Shown piece after piece: positions 38,551 through 52,117 of a stretch of 64,000 nt of DNA. The position numbers and the translations under genes are program-made. Origin of the DNA: Octopus sinensis (lineage: Eukaryota); contig NC_043025.1 in NCBI RefSeq assembly GCF_006345805.1, positions 12,772,001 through 12,836,000 of the forward strand, given 5' to 3'. The notes under the pieces are model-generated. The model made no database searches and was not told the origin of the DNA. It was given only the letters and a program-made list of their open reading frames with translations. Each line of letters opens with the position of its first letter. The stretch's first letter is position 1.

Positions 38551-38888
38551 ACTATCATTATTATTATAATATCATATTTATCAATAATACGGCAATACAA
38601 AAACTTATAAAAGGTTATAAAATTCAATTCAAGTAGAAGCAAACAGTGGCAATTTATGTCTTACCTGAAGTCATCAGAAAGGGTTAACAAATTCATTTCT
38701 AAATAATAATAATAAGCTTATTAATTATGCTTATAATCCGAATGCAATTAAAGTTCAATTCAATAAATGTTTAATTAGCGAATCCAGAATAATATGGAAG
38801 GAGAAAATATCATAATACAAATTACATCCCGCTTTTCCGTTTTTCTCTTTCTCAATACCTTTTAATATATTAATCTCTTTTTCTTTTC

Positions 38889-41110
38889 CCGTAAATCCTC
38901 GAATATAGTCCGCCCTTGAGTATAATACGCAGGGGACTTTTAGGGGGCTGTACCTCTGAAAAACCTAAACCTTGTGTATAATACGCACCCCTTCTCTAAC
39001 TTGAGTCAAGGAGGTCTATATAACGTCCTTGGTTTGTAAAAATGTATACGGTAACGTCCTTTATTATTATTGTATATATAACATAATGCAAATGTGTATG
39101 CGCAGGGGATTTTTAGGGGGCTGTACCTCTGAAAAACCTAGACCTTGTGTATAATACGCACCCCTTCTCTAACTTGAGTCAAGGAGGTCTATATAACGTC
39201 CTTGGTTTGTAAAAATGTATACGGTAACGTCCTTTATTATTATTGTATATATAACATAATGCAAACGTGTATACGCAGGGGATTTTTAGGGGGCTGTACC
39301 TCTGAAAAGCCTAAACCTTGTGTATAATACATAAGGGATTTTTAGGGGGCTGTACCTCTGAAAAACCTAAACCTTGTGTATAATACACACCCCCTTCTCT
39401 GACTTGAGTCAAGGAGGTCTATATAACGTCCTTGGTTTGTAAAAATGTATACGGTAACGTCCTTTATTATTATTGTATATATAACATAATGCAAACGTGT
39501 ATACGCAGGGGATTTTTAGGGGGCTGTACCTCTGAAAAACCTAAACCTTGTGTATAATACGCAGGGGATTTTTAGGGAGCTGTACCTCTGAAAAACCTAA
39601 ACCTTGTGTATAATACACAAGGGATTTTTAGGAGGCTATACCTCTGAAAAACCTAAACCTTGGGTATAATACATAAGGGATTTTTAGGGGGCTGTACCTC
39701 TGAAAAGCCTAAACCTTGTGTATAATACATAAGGGATTTTTAGGGGGCTGTACCTCAGAAAAACCTAAACCCCCATCTATAATAAATACCCCTTCTCTAA
39801 CTTGAGTCAAGGAGGTCTATATAACGCCCTTGGTTTGTAAAAATGTATACGGTAATGTCCTCTATTATTATTATATATATAATATAATGCAAACATGTAT
39901 ACGCAGGGGATTTTAAGGGGGCTGTACCTCTGGAAAACCTAAACCTTGTGTATAATACGCACTTTTCTCTAACTTGAGTCAAGGAAGTCTATATAACGTC
40001 CTTGGTTTGTAAAACTGTATACGGTAATGTCCTCTATTATTATTATATATATAATATAATGCAAACATGTATACGCAGGGGATTTTAAGGGGGCTGTACC
40101 TCTGGAAAACCTAGACCTTGTGTATAATACGCACTTTTCTCTAACTTGAGTCAAGGAAGTCTATATAACGCCCTTGGTTTGTAAAAATGTATACGGTAAT
40201 GTCCTCTATTATTATTATATATATAATATAATGCAAACATGTATACGCAGGGGATTTTAAGGGGGCTGTACCTCTGGAAAACCTAGACCTTGTGTATAAT
40301 ACGCACTTTTCTCTAACTTGAGTCAAGGAAGTCTATATAACGCCCTTGGTTTGTAAAAATGTATACGGTAATGTCCTCTATTATTATTATTATATATATA
40401 TATAATGCAAACATGTATACGCAGGGGATTTTAAGGGGGCTGTACCTCTGGAAAACCTAGACCTTGTGTATAATACGCACTTTTCTCTAACTTGAGTCAA
40501 GGAAGTCTATATAACGCCCTTGGTTTGTAAAAATGTATACGGTAATGTCCTCTATTATTATTATATATATAATATAATGCAAACATGTATACGCAGGGGA
40601 TTTTAAGGGGGCTGTACCTCTGGAAAACCTAGACCTTGTGTATAATACGCACCCCTTCTCTAACTTGAGTCAAGGAGGTCTATATAACGTCCTTGGTTTG
40701 TAAAAATGTATACGGTAACGTCCTTTATTATTATTGTATATATAACATAATGCAAACGTGTATACGCAGGGGATTTTTAGGGGGCTGTACTTCTGAAAAA
40801 CCTAAACCTTGTGTATAATACGCACCCCTTCTCTAACTTGAGTCAAGGAGGTCTATATAACGTCCTTGGTTTGTAAAAATGTATACGGTAACGTCCTTTA
40901 TTATTATTGTATATATAACATAATGCAAACGTGTATACGCAGGGGATTTTTAGGGGGCTGTACTTCTGAAAAACCTAAACCTTGTGTATAATACGCACCC
41001 CTTCTCTAACTTGAGTCAAGGAGGTCTATATAACGTCCTTGGTTTGTAAAAATGTATACGGTAACGTCCTTTATTATTATTGTATATATAACATAATGCA
41101 GACGTGTAAC
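38889..41110. mobile_element. Tc1/mariner-like (CCGTA-terminus) element end expanded into a 172-bp tandem array with 46-bp sub-repeats
   Basis: Starts CCGTAAATCCTCGAATATAGTCCGC...GTATAATACGCA. The 172-bp period is visible from the repeated ORFs at 39797, 39969 and 40141. The family assignment is from memory of the terminus. Confidence 0.7.
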
Positions 41111-41442
41111 TTTTTTGTGCATTTTGTTTGCAGAAAATCAAGAAATAACAGTAATAACGTTTAATAAATGTTGCTTACTGCAAGTTATGGATGACCATAC
41201 CAACACAAACGTCTCACTTGCACGTCACATCTGATGCTTCTTATGTCCGACATTTTTCTCGGGGCACTTACACTCAGTTGTGTGTGCACACCCTTTAACA
41301 CTAGGCCGCAGGCAGAAGCTATAGGCGTTGTCCCTTCCTTCCTCAGAATATGTAAAATAAAAAAAATACGCAAAAACAAACACATCTGGAAAATATGATT
41401 TTATTGACTTTTGTAAGAAATTTTATTATAAGTTGAAGGAAA

Positions 41443-42599
41443 TGGTCGTGCACATCTTTACATTTCCCCGGTCTCCCCACGAAGCCAATAAATATATATA
41501 TAAATGGCAAAATGTCTGTGTGTGTGTGTGTCCTTTATACAAATCCACAATTTTTCAGTTAGAGGGCTCGCACTTTCTATGGTCATTCAAAACCGTCCAT
41601 GGGTAGTCGTGCACATCTTTACATTTCCCCAGTCTCCCCGCAAAACCATTAAATATATATATAAATGGCAAAATGTCTGTCCTTTATACAAATCCACAAT
41701 TTTTCTATAATCATTCAAAACTGTCCAAGGGTAGTGCACATCTTTACATTTCCCCAGTCTCCCCGCAAAACCATTAAATATATATATAAATGGCAAAATG
41801 TCTGTCTGTGTGTGTGTCCTTTATACAAATCCACAATTTTTCAGTTAGAGGGCTCGCACTTTCTATGGTCATTCAAAACCGTCCAAGGGTAGTCGTGCAC
41901 ATCTTTACATTTCCCCAGTCTCCCTGCAAAACCATTAAATATATATATAAATGGCAAAATGTCTGTCTGTGTGTGTGTGTCCTTTATACAAATCCACAAT
42001 TTTTCTATAATCATTCAAAACTGTCCAAGGGTAGTCGTGCACATCTTTACATTTCCCCAGTCTCCCCGCAAAGCCATTAAATATATATATAAACGGCAAA
42101 ATGTCTGTCTGTGTGTGTGTGTGTCCTTTATACAAATCCACAATTTTTCAATTAGAGGGCTCGCACTTTCTATGGTCATTCAAAACCGTCCAAGGGTGGT
42201 CGTGCACATCTTTACATTTCCCCAGTCACCCCGCAAATCTCTATATATAAACGGCAAAATGTCTGTGTGTGTGTCCGTTATACAAATCCACAATTTTTCA
42301 GTTAGAGAGCTTGCATTTTCTATGGTCATTCAAAACCGTCCAAGGGTGGCCGTGCACATCTTTACATTTCCCCAGTCACCCCGCAAAGCCATTAAAAAAC
42401 CAATAGAAGTGACTTTTTTGTGAATTTTCTATCCAAAACCCAATCAAAATGCCCGGAACTTGATACGCCAATTGAATGCCAGCTAGCTGTATGTGATTAG
42501 TTGGAGATTTGGACAGTCCTCGCATGCATATGCGCACGCACGCAGCTGTATATGCATGCACTAGCACTATGACCCGGCGTTACCAGGTCATAGTGCTAG
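41443..42599 (+). mobile_element. Helitron-like element with its 5' segment repeated about 6 times and a single 3' hairpin-CTAG end
   Basis: Repeated TATATATAAATGGCAAAATGTCTG...; terminus CTAGCACTATGACC-CGGCGTTACCA-GGTCATAGTGCTAG|T. Confidence 0.78.
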
Positions 42600-42651
42600 T
42601 ATTTTAATAAACCTGAAGTCTGCTTAAACCTTTGCTGTTATTTTTTTCTTG

Positions 42652-45600
42652 TCAGGAACGGAGGGAGGAAAAGCAAAAGCTAGCACGGCAGTTCGCCCAT
42701 TTCAGTTTGGCTTTTGCAAACAGCCTGAGAGCGCAATGTCGGACATGTTTGCTGAAGAAGAAATAGTAGAAAGGGCAGATAATCCCGTTAAGGAGAAACA
42801 ACTGGTAGACAACAAGCAGCGTCCAATTACCTAGAGGATCACTGGACCCTGGGTGGAATTCCATTTTCATCCGAAGCACTGTACAGAAGGGTAACGGGGC
42901 AGAGAATACGTAGAAGGACAGGGCCAGTATTAGGTTGTTTTTCATGGTGCATTTGAGAAGGCTTGTCCGGGAATCGTTGAGGGGAGGGACCGAGACCTCA
43001 TCCGTTTTGGTGTGGCTGGTGGTCATCACGCTGCTCAGATTGACATTGGTGTTTTTGATGTTGGTGGTGGTGGTGGTGGTGGAGTAGCTGTTGTTGATGG
43101 TGACGGTGGTGATGGTGTTGATGGCGGTGGTGGTGTTGGTATTATTTGAATTGTTGTTGTTGTTGCTGCTGATGGCATTGTTGTTGTTGGTGGTGGTGGT
43201 GACGGTGTTGTTGATGGTGGTGGTGTTGGTGATGGTATTGATGGCAGTGGTGTTGATTGTATTATTTGTATTGTTGTTGTTGTTGTTGCTGTTGCTATTG
43301 CTGATAGCATTGTTGTTGTTGTTGTTGTGGTGGTGGTGGTGGTGGTGGTGATGGTGTTGTTAATGGTGGTGGTGTTGGTGGTGGTAGCGATAGCATTAGA
43401 GCTGGTGACAGCGATGGTATTGCGATGGGTGTGAGCGGTAGTGGTAGCGCTAGGGTTGGTGTGGGTGGTAGTGGTAGCGCTAGGGTTGGTGTGGGTGGTA
43501 GTGGTAGCGCTAGGGTTGGTGTTGGTGGTAGTGGTAGCGCTAGGGTTGGTGTGGGTGGTAGTGGTAGCGCTAGGGTTGGTGTGGGTGGTAGTGGTAGCGC
43601 TAGGGTTGGTGTGGGTGGTAGTGGTAGCGCTAGGGTTGGTGTTGGTGGTAGTGGTAGCGCTAGAGTTGGTGTGGGTGGTAGTAGTGGTCTTGGGGTACGT
43701 AGCAGTGTTGATTTGGGTGGCACTGATGTTGGGGTGCATGGCAGTAGTGGTGATAATGTGTGTAGCAGTGGTGGTATTTGGGTAGGTGGCAGTGGTACTG
43801 TTAGAATGGGAGGTAAGGGTGGTCGTTGTGGTGGTCATATCATTCTTGTCGGTGTGGTTGAGAGGAGAGATGTCATCGAAACAAGCAACTCTGTTGGCCC
43901 CGAGGGCCAAATTCTTCAGCAGGTAGCCGTATGGGTGACATTCTTCATTAGCATTCATACTGCTTTCACCCCCACCACTATCATCACCACAACCATCACC
44001 ACCCCCACCACCACAACCACTACCATCACCACTACCACAACCACCACAACCACTACCTCCACCATCACCACCACAACCACTACTACCACCATCTCCACCA
44101 TCACCACCACTACCACCACCACTACTACCACTACTACCACTACTACCACCACCACCATCACAATCACCATTATCATCATGTACACTATTACGTACACGTC
44201 TGTCACCATTACAACCACCAGACACACTGTTGTTGTTGCTACTGTTGTAGTTGCGATCAGCGTCATCACGGAACCAAACTGATGACAACGAAAGTGGTGG
44301 CGGCAGCGGTGGTGGTTGCTGCTGCTGCTGCTGCTGCTGCTGTTGTTGTTGTTGTTGATGTTGTAGTGGTAGTGGCGGTGGCGTCGGTGATGGTAGTATT
44401 ATCAAAGGTAACGCTGACAACGACGTTGACGACGACGACGACGATGACAATGACGATGACGATAAACACGATGAGGTACGTTGGTGGCGCTGTCGTGCTT
44501 CTTCTGGCCTGGCCTTACCCAACATTGTTGACGCATAGCTCTCCCGAGTGGCCACAATGAATATTGAAGAATCTCTGATATTTTTGTGAATGGAGACAAC
44601 ACTACAGAGATTGATAGGGCTCGCTGTTTCATTTAGGGGTTTATTGTTACTAAGTATCATACCATAAGGTCTGACTTGGTTTGTCTTCTTAAACTTCCAT
44701 TTTCTCTCCTTATTCTTTCTCTTTGTTTCCCCATTCTTTCTTGCCGTCTTTGTCTTTGAAAGACCAAGTTCAAATCTGCCGCTCCTTGTAGCATCGCTTC
44801 TCAACATAGAATGGACGTTTATATGAATAACAAGCACGAAAATAAAACTGGTTAGAAACAGCATCAGGAAAATAAAGGTGATTAGGAGTTGAGCCGTCGT
44901 GAGGTGACCGTGTCGCAGTTTGGCATTTAGAGTCGGTGCCTTTGTCGCATTTACCATTGCTGCTGTGGTTGTTGGCATCGTCGCTGTTGCAGATTTCGTC
45001 TGAGGGATGAGCAATGGTGTGAATAGCCTCCAGGTGAGGTCATCCACGAAGATAACAACCAGGGCTGCACTCAAGTGTGTCGAGAGGAGCCAGGATGTTG
45101 CAATGGAATAGATTATGAATTTTCGCCTCCTGTGCAGAGTGACCAGTGGGCGGTGCAGTGTCCAGCAGTGGTAATAGCTGACTGACATGAACCCGAAGCA
45201 GTACTGCAGGAAGAAATTCGCGCAGAGAAACAACTGGATGCCACACATGGATGTCTTTGCAGAGCTGAGCATCACCCGGTCTGATGGCACAACGGTCGAC
45301 GCCACAGGATCTGACACTTGAGCTGTAGACGCAAGACCCGACACCTGTAGACTCGGTACTGTAGGGCCTGACACTGAAGGATTTGATCGTAGAAAGCCTG
45401 GCAGTGTGGAGCTTGGTGCTGCAGGGGCTGATGGTGTAATGTTCGGCTTTGTCGGGTTTGCTCCAAGAGGGTGCGACGAGGTGAGGTTTGAAGATGTGGA
45501 AGCTGGGCAACCGTTCTGTGATTTCGTTTGCCCGTCTGTCACCATCGTTGAAAAGAGTAGGAATGCGCAGACACACAAGAGAATGTTGTTGCAGCAGAGA

Positions 45601-45887
45601 TTCAGTAAATGGTAGTTAGCGTAACCCCGCAGGCTGGGAGATCGGCTTATGACTACAACGAGCAGGGAATTGGTGAGGAATGTAAGCAAACCCAACACTG
45701 CAACCAGACCCGAGTATATACCAATATTTAAGGCCATCACAGCAGGGGTTCTCATGGTGGTGTTGAGGGCATCTGTAGCTGTTTGAGCAAGATTGCAACA
45801 AATGCTGGTTGTGTCCAAATTATTGTTACCACTACCAACTGCAGCCATGCGTGCAGTGGACCCAACGGCCCCTAAAGCAGGGAACAT
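42652..45887 (-). CDS. Divergent rhodopsin-like (class A) 7TM receptor, intronless CDS, with an apparent 1-nt frameshift near 43328
   Basis: ORF 45887-43035 has TM1-5 (LTNSLLVVVI..SLR..ANYHLLNL; C at the top of TM3; SYYHCWTLHRPL; SWLLS). ORF 43029-42652 has TM6-7 (FSAPL; NGIICPFYYFFFSKHVR, an NPxxY/helix-8-like motif). Adding one base joins them into 1078 aa. Confidence 0.8.
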
Positions 45888-45895
45888 AACTAAAA

Positions 45896-46190
45896 ATTAT
45901 TTCATCAAATGCCGTGCCCCTTAATATGGCTGTATCCTTAAGATTATTTCATCAAATGCCATGCCCCTTAATATGGCTGTATCCTTAAGATTATTTCATC
46001 AAATGCCGTGCCCCTTAATATGGCTGTATCCTTAAGATTATTTCATCAAATGCCGTGCCCCATAATATGGCTGTATCCTTAAGATTATTTCATCAAATGC
46101 CGTGCCCCTTAATATGGCTGTATCCTTAAGATTATTTCATCAAATGCCGTGCCCCTTAATATGGCTGTATCCTTAAGATTATTTCATCAA
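45896..46190. repeat. 47-bp minisatellite, 6.3 copies, immediately 5' of the receptor ATG
   Basis: ATTATTTCATCAAATGCCGTGCCCCTTAATATGGCTGTATCCTTAAG, period 47. Confidence 0.95.
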
Positions 46191-47156
46191 TGGTTGTGTC
46201 CTAAAGTGGAACGTACATTAATCATACATACACATATATACACACACATACTTGCACATACGTTCACACTTATGAGCAAGAAAACCTCCTTAACCCTGTA
46301 GTGTTTAAACCGGCCATATCCGGCCTAAATATTTTACATGTTTTATATTCAAACTGGCGATATCTGGCCTCTCACACCTAACCTACAATGTCATTCTAAA
46401 TATAAACAATCACATCATTGAAACCTCAAAAACTATAAGATAATGCAGGATTAATTAAAAACAATTTGAGTAAAAAAATATTGCATCTAACAGAGTAATC
46501 TGAACACTAAAGGGTTAAACTAGAAATTCTTTAAATAAGTTTAACCCTTAATAAAATTATTTTCTTGATTAAGGGCTACACAGTGTCAACCTATGGTGTA
46601 ATAAAAACCTACCATAAACCAAATAACCAAGAATTTCGAAACAAATATATTTCTACCTGTCTCTCTGTCTGTCAGTCTGTTGATAAATATAATATATGTA
46701 TGTGTGTGTGTGTTTGTGTATATATACACCTTCATATGTTTTATATTTCAGGAGTGGCTGTGTGGTAAGTAGCTTGCTAACCAACCACATGGTTCCAGGT
46801 TCAGTCCCACGGCGTGGCACCTTGGGCAAGAGTCTTCTGCTATAGCCTCGGGCCGACCAATGCCTTGTGAGTGGATTTGGTAGACGGAAACTGAAAGAAG
46901 CCTGTCGTATATATGTATATGTATGTATGTATTTGTGTGTCTGTGTTTGTGTGTCTGTGTTTGTCCCCCTAGCATTGCTTGACAACCGATGCTGGTGTGT
47001 TTATGTCCCCGTCACTTAGCGGTTCGGCAAAAGAGACCGATAGAATAAGTACTGGGCTTACAAAAGAATAAGCCCCGGTGTCGATTTGCTCGACTAAAGG
47101 CGGTGCTCCAGCATGGCCACAGTCAAATGACTGAAACAAGTAAATGAGTAAAGGAG

Positions 47157-47189
<33 letters not shown>

Positions 47190-48078
47190 GTGGTTATGAG
47201 TGTGTATGTGTGTGTATGTGTTCTGTGTAAGAGATAACGGGGGTGGGGACTGTGTGCAACAGTTCCTTCTTTTTTCCCTTCTTTCTTTCTTTCCTTCCTT
47301 CTTTCCTTCCTTTCGTCTATCCTCCTTTCTGGTCCCTTATCTTCTCTCTAATCTGTCCATCCATATTTAAACAGCATCTCTCCCTCTCTTTCCTCTCTCT
47401 TCTTCCTGGCTGTTGTCCTCTTCCTCCACACCTGTCCATCCACCTGTGCATCCACTTGTCCGTGCACCTGTCTGTCGGCTGTCTGCCTGTCCGGCTGTCC
47501 TCTCATTTGTTTGGGCTGCTGTCTTTATTTACATTGATCTCGTCTGATAAAAGAAGAAGAATCCGTAATAATGATAAAATAACAACAACAACAACAACGA
47601 TAATAAAATAATAAAATAATGATTATAAGAAGAAGAAACAAAGAAGAAAATGGTGATGATGATGATAAGAAGAAATAAAAGAAAGTAACAACAACAACAA
47701 CAATAATAATAATGATGATAATAATAATAATAATCATCATCATCATCATCGTTTAACGTCCGTTCTCCTTGCTAGCATGGGTTGGACGGTTCGACCGGGG
47801 ATCTGGTGAGCCAGGAGGCTGCACCAGGCTCCAATCTTGATCTGGCTCAGTTTCTACAGCTGGATGCCCTTCCTAACACCAACCACTCCGTGAGTGTAGT
47901 GGGTACTTTTTATGTGCCACCTGCATTGGTGCCAGGCGAGGCTGGCATCGGCCACGGTCGGATTGGTGTATTTTATGGAAGCCAGTCGAGGCGGCACTGG
48001 CTTCGGCCACGATTCGGATGGTGCTTTTTACGTGCCACCGACACGGAAGCCAGTCGAGGCGGTGCTGGCATCGGCCAC

Positions 48079-48114
<36 letters not shown>

Positions 48115-48152
48115 TAATAATAATAAATAATAATATAATAATAATAATAATA

Positions 48153-48191
<39 letters not shown>

Positions 48192-48206
48192 TAACAATTA
48201 ATAATA

Positions 48207-48283
<77 letters not shown>

Positions 48284-48336
48284 CAACATCAACAATAATA
48301 ATACTAATAGTAATAATGATACCAACAACAAGAACA

Positions 48337-48372
<36 letters not shown>

Positions 48373-48403
48373 GTAGCAATAATAATAATGATAATAATAA
48401 TAA
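48079..48403. repeat. (AAT)n microsatellite
   Basis: Direct reading. Confidence 0.95.
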
Positions 48404-48875
48404 TAGTTCTTTTCTACTCTAGGCACAAGGCTCCAAATTTTGGGGGAGCGGGTGGCCAGTCGATTAGATTGACCCCAGTGTGCAACTGGTACGTAATTGA
48501 TTGATCCCGAAAGTATGAAAGGCAAAGTCAACCTCGGCTGAATTTGAACTCAGAACGTAACGGCAGACGAAAGTCCTTTCTGTATTAACCACTGAGGGTC
48601 TATATAAAAGATTTGTGATGGTACAGGACAATATAATTCATAAAGAGTGGGACTGAATCATGTTAAAAGGGACTACAATTGCCCTGACCTCTAGGGCGAG
48701 TGCCCTCTCCACTTCGTCCAATCTTGATCTAGAGGTGTATGCTTAGAGTAGTCTCTTCATTCGGGCCATTCGCAGTACATTCATCCACCTTTTAACAAAA
48801 TTACTAGGAGGCAGCACTTCCCTCTCTACCCTCACTTTTCTTTTCAAGTGAAACTTGAATAATAATAATAATAAT

Positions 48876-49142
48876 AAAGGATCTCAGAAACACCTAGACA
48901 ATATCCCTGGAGAACCATGTCTCAAGGAAATCCAAAAGATTGTGCTAACAAGTACTGCCCACATCCTTAGAAAAACCCTATCAATGTAAATGTTTGTGTT
49001 GTATTACATGGAGATATTTCTCTACTTTCCCTCCCCAAGCTTTCAGCTATATTTCAACAACTCTTAACCTTCACTTGCCCTAGGGTGCTGGGTGTGCCCC
49101 GGCAAGTGATTGCATCAAACATGCAGATTAAAAGTAAATGAC
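48876..49142 (+). mobile_element. R4/Dong-type (RLE) non-LTR retrotransposon 3' end in (TAA)n
   Basis: KGSQKHLDNIPGEPCLKEIQKIVLTSTAHILRKTLSM*, then 3' UTR, flanked by (AAT)n on both sides. Confidence 0.78.
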
Positions 49143-49171
<29 letters not shown>

Positions 49172-49174
<3 letters not shown>

Positions 49175-49480
49175 AAAGACCTGGAAATAGAGGTAACTAG
49201 AATGTGGAATCTAAAAACAGAAACAATTCCTATCATAGTAGGTGCATTAGGCATGATAAAAAAATATTCAGACAAATACATAACAAAAACACCAGGACTT
49301 ACAAACACATATAACATACAGAAAATTGCACTACTGGGCACTGCACACATCCTACGCAGAACACTTTCAATACAGTAACCATCAGCGCATCACAGCAAAC
49401 CACAGCACATACCCAAGGCACACAGAGCTGCGCTCGGTAGTGAAGTGAAAGCACACTATAAAAATAAAACTACTGAATAA
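49172..49480 (+). mobile_element. Second, different R4/Dong-type 3' end in (TAA)n
   Basis: YKDLEIEVTRMWNLKTETIPIIVGALG...IQKIALLGTAHILRRTL*, the KY.DL..E..R.W / P.VVGALG RLE C-terminal motif. Confidence 0.85.
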
Positions 49481-49497
49481 TAAAAATAATAATAATG

Positions 49498-49552
<55 letters not shown>

Positions 49553-49703
49553 TAATAATAATAATAATAATAAATGCCCTGATGCAGTACCAGGCAGTGG
49601 CTCTCGTGGCTTCTGATCTTAACTGATTGGAAGTGTTATCATGTACATTGTTTTGTCTTGGTATAAAAAGATGGGTTTTACAGCAAATATTCTGCTCAAT
49701 ACC

Positions 49704-50118
49704 TATTTCTTTATTACCCACAAGGGGCTAAACACAGAGGGGACAAACAAGGACAGACAAACAGATTAAGTCGATTACATCGACCCCAGTGCGTAACTGG
49801 TACTTATTTAATTGACCCTGAAAGGACGAAAGGCAAAGTCGACCTCGGCGGAATTTGAACTCAGAACGTAGCGGCAGACGAAATACCTATTTCTTTAATA
49901 CCCACAAGGGGATAAACATAGAGGGGACAAACAAGGACAGACAAACAGATTAAGTCGATTACATCGACCCCAGTGCGTAACTGGTACTTAATTTATCGAC
50001 CCCGAAAGGATGAAAGGCAAAGTCGACCTCAGCGGAATTTGAACTCAGAACGTAGCGGTAGACGAAATATCGCAAAGCATTTTGCCTGGCGTGCTAACGT
50101 TTCTGCCAGCTCGCCGCC
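49704..50118 (-). mobile_element. Meta-type SINE with duplicated body and a 16-bp TSD
   Basis: TSD TATTCTGCTCAATACC at 49688-49703 and 50119-50134. Confidence 0.88.
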
Positions 50119-50456
50119 TATTCTGCTCAATACCACAGATTTTCTTGTCAGTTGTTTGGCCTTAACCAGTTGAGCATGGCTCCTTTTGTTTTTTGTGCTA
50201 CACTTTGATTTCCATTATATGCTTTCTTAGATAACGCATTTCTTGTTGCACATGTAAGACCCATCTTCTTAAATACTCACAGTATTGATGTCTTTCTTTA
50301 TTTGCTTCTCTTTGAAAGAATAGATTACATTGTTATGTATTCTCTCTTTATGCTATTGATTTCTGTGACTGATGTCTTCTTTAGTTTTTGAAGATGTATC
50401 AAATGAACCTGTCGGGGTATAAAGTTACTCTTACAACAGAGTTAATTCCTTTCCAG

Positions 50457-50469
<13 letters not shown>

Positions 50470-50493
<24 letters not shown>

Positions 50494-50941
50494 CTGAAGT
50501 TGTCTGTGTGTGGTAGGTTTGGTAGCCTTCAGCTAACACTATCTCCTCCGAGACCCTGCGGTGCAAGTTGACCAAAATTGAGAGTATGTTAGAAGAAGGC
50601 TTGCTCCTTCAAATCACACCATGTTAAGACCAAAAATTATCTACATCAAAAAGGTCCTATTTTACTATGAAAATCCCTATTTTTTACGATTTATAAATTC
50701 AAATCACACCATGTTAACACCAAAAATTATTTACATCAAAAAGGTGCTTTTTTTTCTATGAAAATCCCTATTTTTTAATGATTTTTTGACTGCTGTGTCA
50801 CCATTTTTCGGTGTATTTCAACCAGAAAAATGTTCTCATAAAGAGAATAACAAGCTACATAATGCAAAATTTTTACTTTTCAAAAATATCCAATTCTAAA
50901 GGGTCGAAACAAACCCGAGCAACGCCGGGTGATACTGCTAG
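50470..50941 (+). mobile_element. Non-autonomous Helitron
   Basis: (TA)n-AAAGCTGAAGTTGTCTG start; CCCGAGCAACGCCGGGTGATACTGCTAG|T end. A 3' part is also at 18710-19016. Confidence 0.8.
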
Positions 50942-51407
50942 TTTTGATTAAATTAATAACACTATCATTAAATAATTAAAAATTGATTAAAGATCACCCT
51001 GTAGGCTTATGGAAGATTCTCTGGCTGATAAAACTTGATATTGAATTAGCTTTCATAGATTTATGAAAAGCAGATAAGAAACGGGAACAGGATGAAGTAA
51101 TCCAGATAAAAGCAAGTGAAATTTATTAAAGAAGAAAGTAGGTATGAACTCAGGTGTATTATTGTTAGAATATAATCAGAGCTGAGCAAATGGAATCTTT
51201 AATCTTTCACTTGTTTCAGTCATTTCACTGTGGCCATGCTGGGGCACAACCTTGAAGAGTTTTAGTTGGACAAATCAACCCTAGGACCACAACATATTCT
51301 TCTTGAAGCCTACATGCTTACTTTGGTATATATATATATACTTTATTTAAAGCAGCAGAAAATTCAACAAAATCTGTTACTCTGAGTTTCCCGTTTTCTA
51401 GCAAAAA

Positions 51408-51445
51408 CTGTCCGATGAACGGCAACGGGAAACTCAGAGTAACAG
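51408..51445 (+). ncRNA. Minimal type-I hammerhead motif (CCGATGA variant) inside a fold-back element (51339-51482)
   Basis: CTGT-CCGATGA-A-CG-GCAA-CG-G-GAAAC-TCAGA-GTA-ACAG. Confidence 0.62.
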
Positions 51446-51951
51446 GTTTTGTTGAATTTTCTGCTGCTTTAAATAAAGCATATTACTCTACCACTGGTAT
51501 TTGAGTACTCTTTTTTCCACCTTGTTTCACATTTATGTGTTTACTCCGGTATATATATATATATATATATAATAAATTAATAAATAAAACATATACATTT
51601 ATACATACATATATGTACGTACCTACCTCTACATGTATATATATATATACATGCATATATGGGTACAGGACACCAAAAAAACGTCGAACACAATGAGAAA
51701 CGAAAACATAAACACAAAACCAAGGAAATGGACATTATTCTTAAACAACGAAAAAATAGAGTACAGGACAAATAACACAAGGAAAATTCCCCTTCTTCAG
51801 TCGCCATGGTTTCATCTACTCTGCGTTTCGAAGGCAAAGGCGATACGCATCTTCGATAGAAACTTTCCTTCCCGCGAAAAAAGCAAATTAAATAAAATTT
51901 GAGATCTTTTTGCGGAGGGGTAAAAATAGTAACAAAAACAGGACAGTAGCG

Positions 51952-51982
<31 letters not shown>

Positions 51983-52117
51983 CAAATTAGAGACAAAACC
52001 ACTATTATGCAAATCAAACAAAGAAAGACTTAAGCCAATACATAAAATAATTTATATAAGAATAACCACTACGATCGTTTCGTGTTCATAATTTAAAACT
52101 CGCTAAGAAGGTTTTGA

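Noticed and set aside
43425-44282. Gly/Ser repeat ORF on the + strand
   Set aside because: Antisense reading of the receptor's 30-bp Thr repeat.
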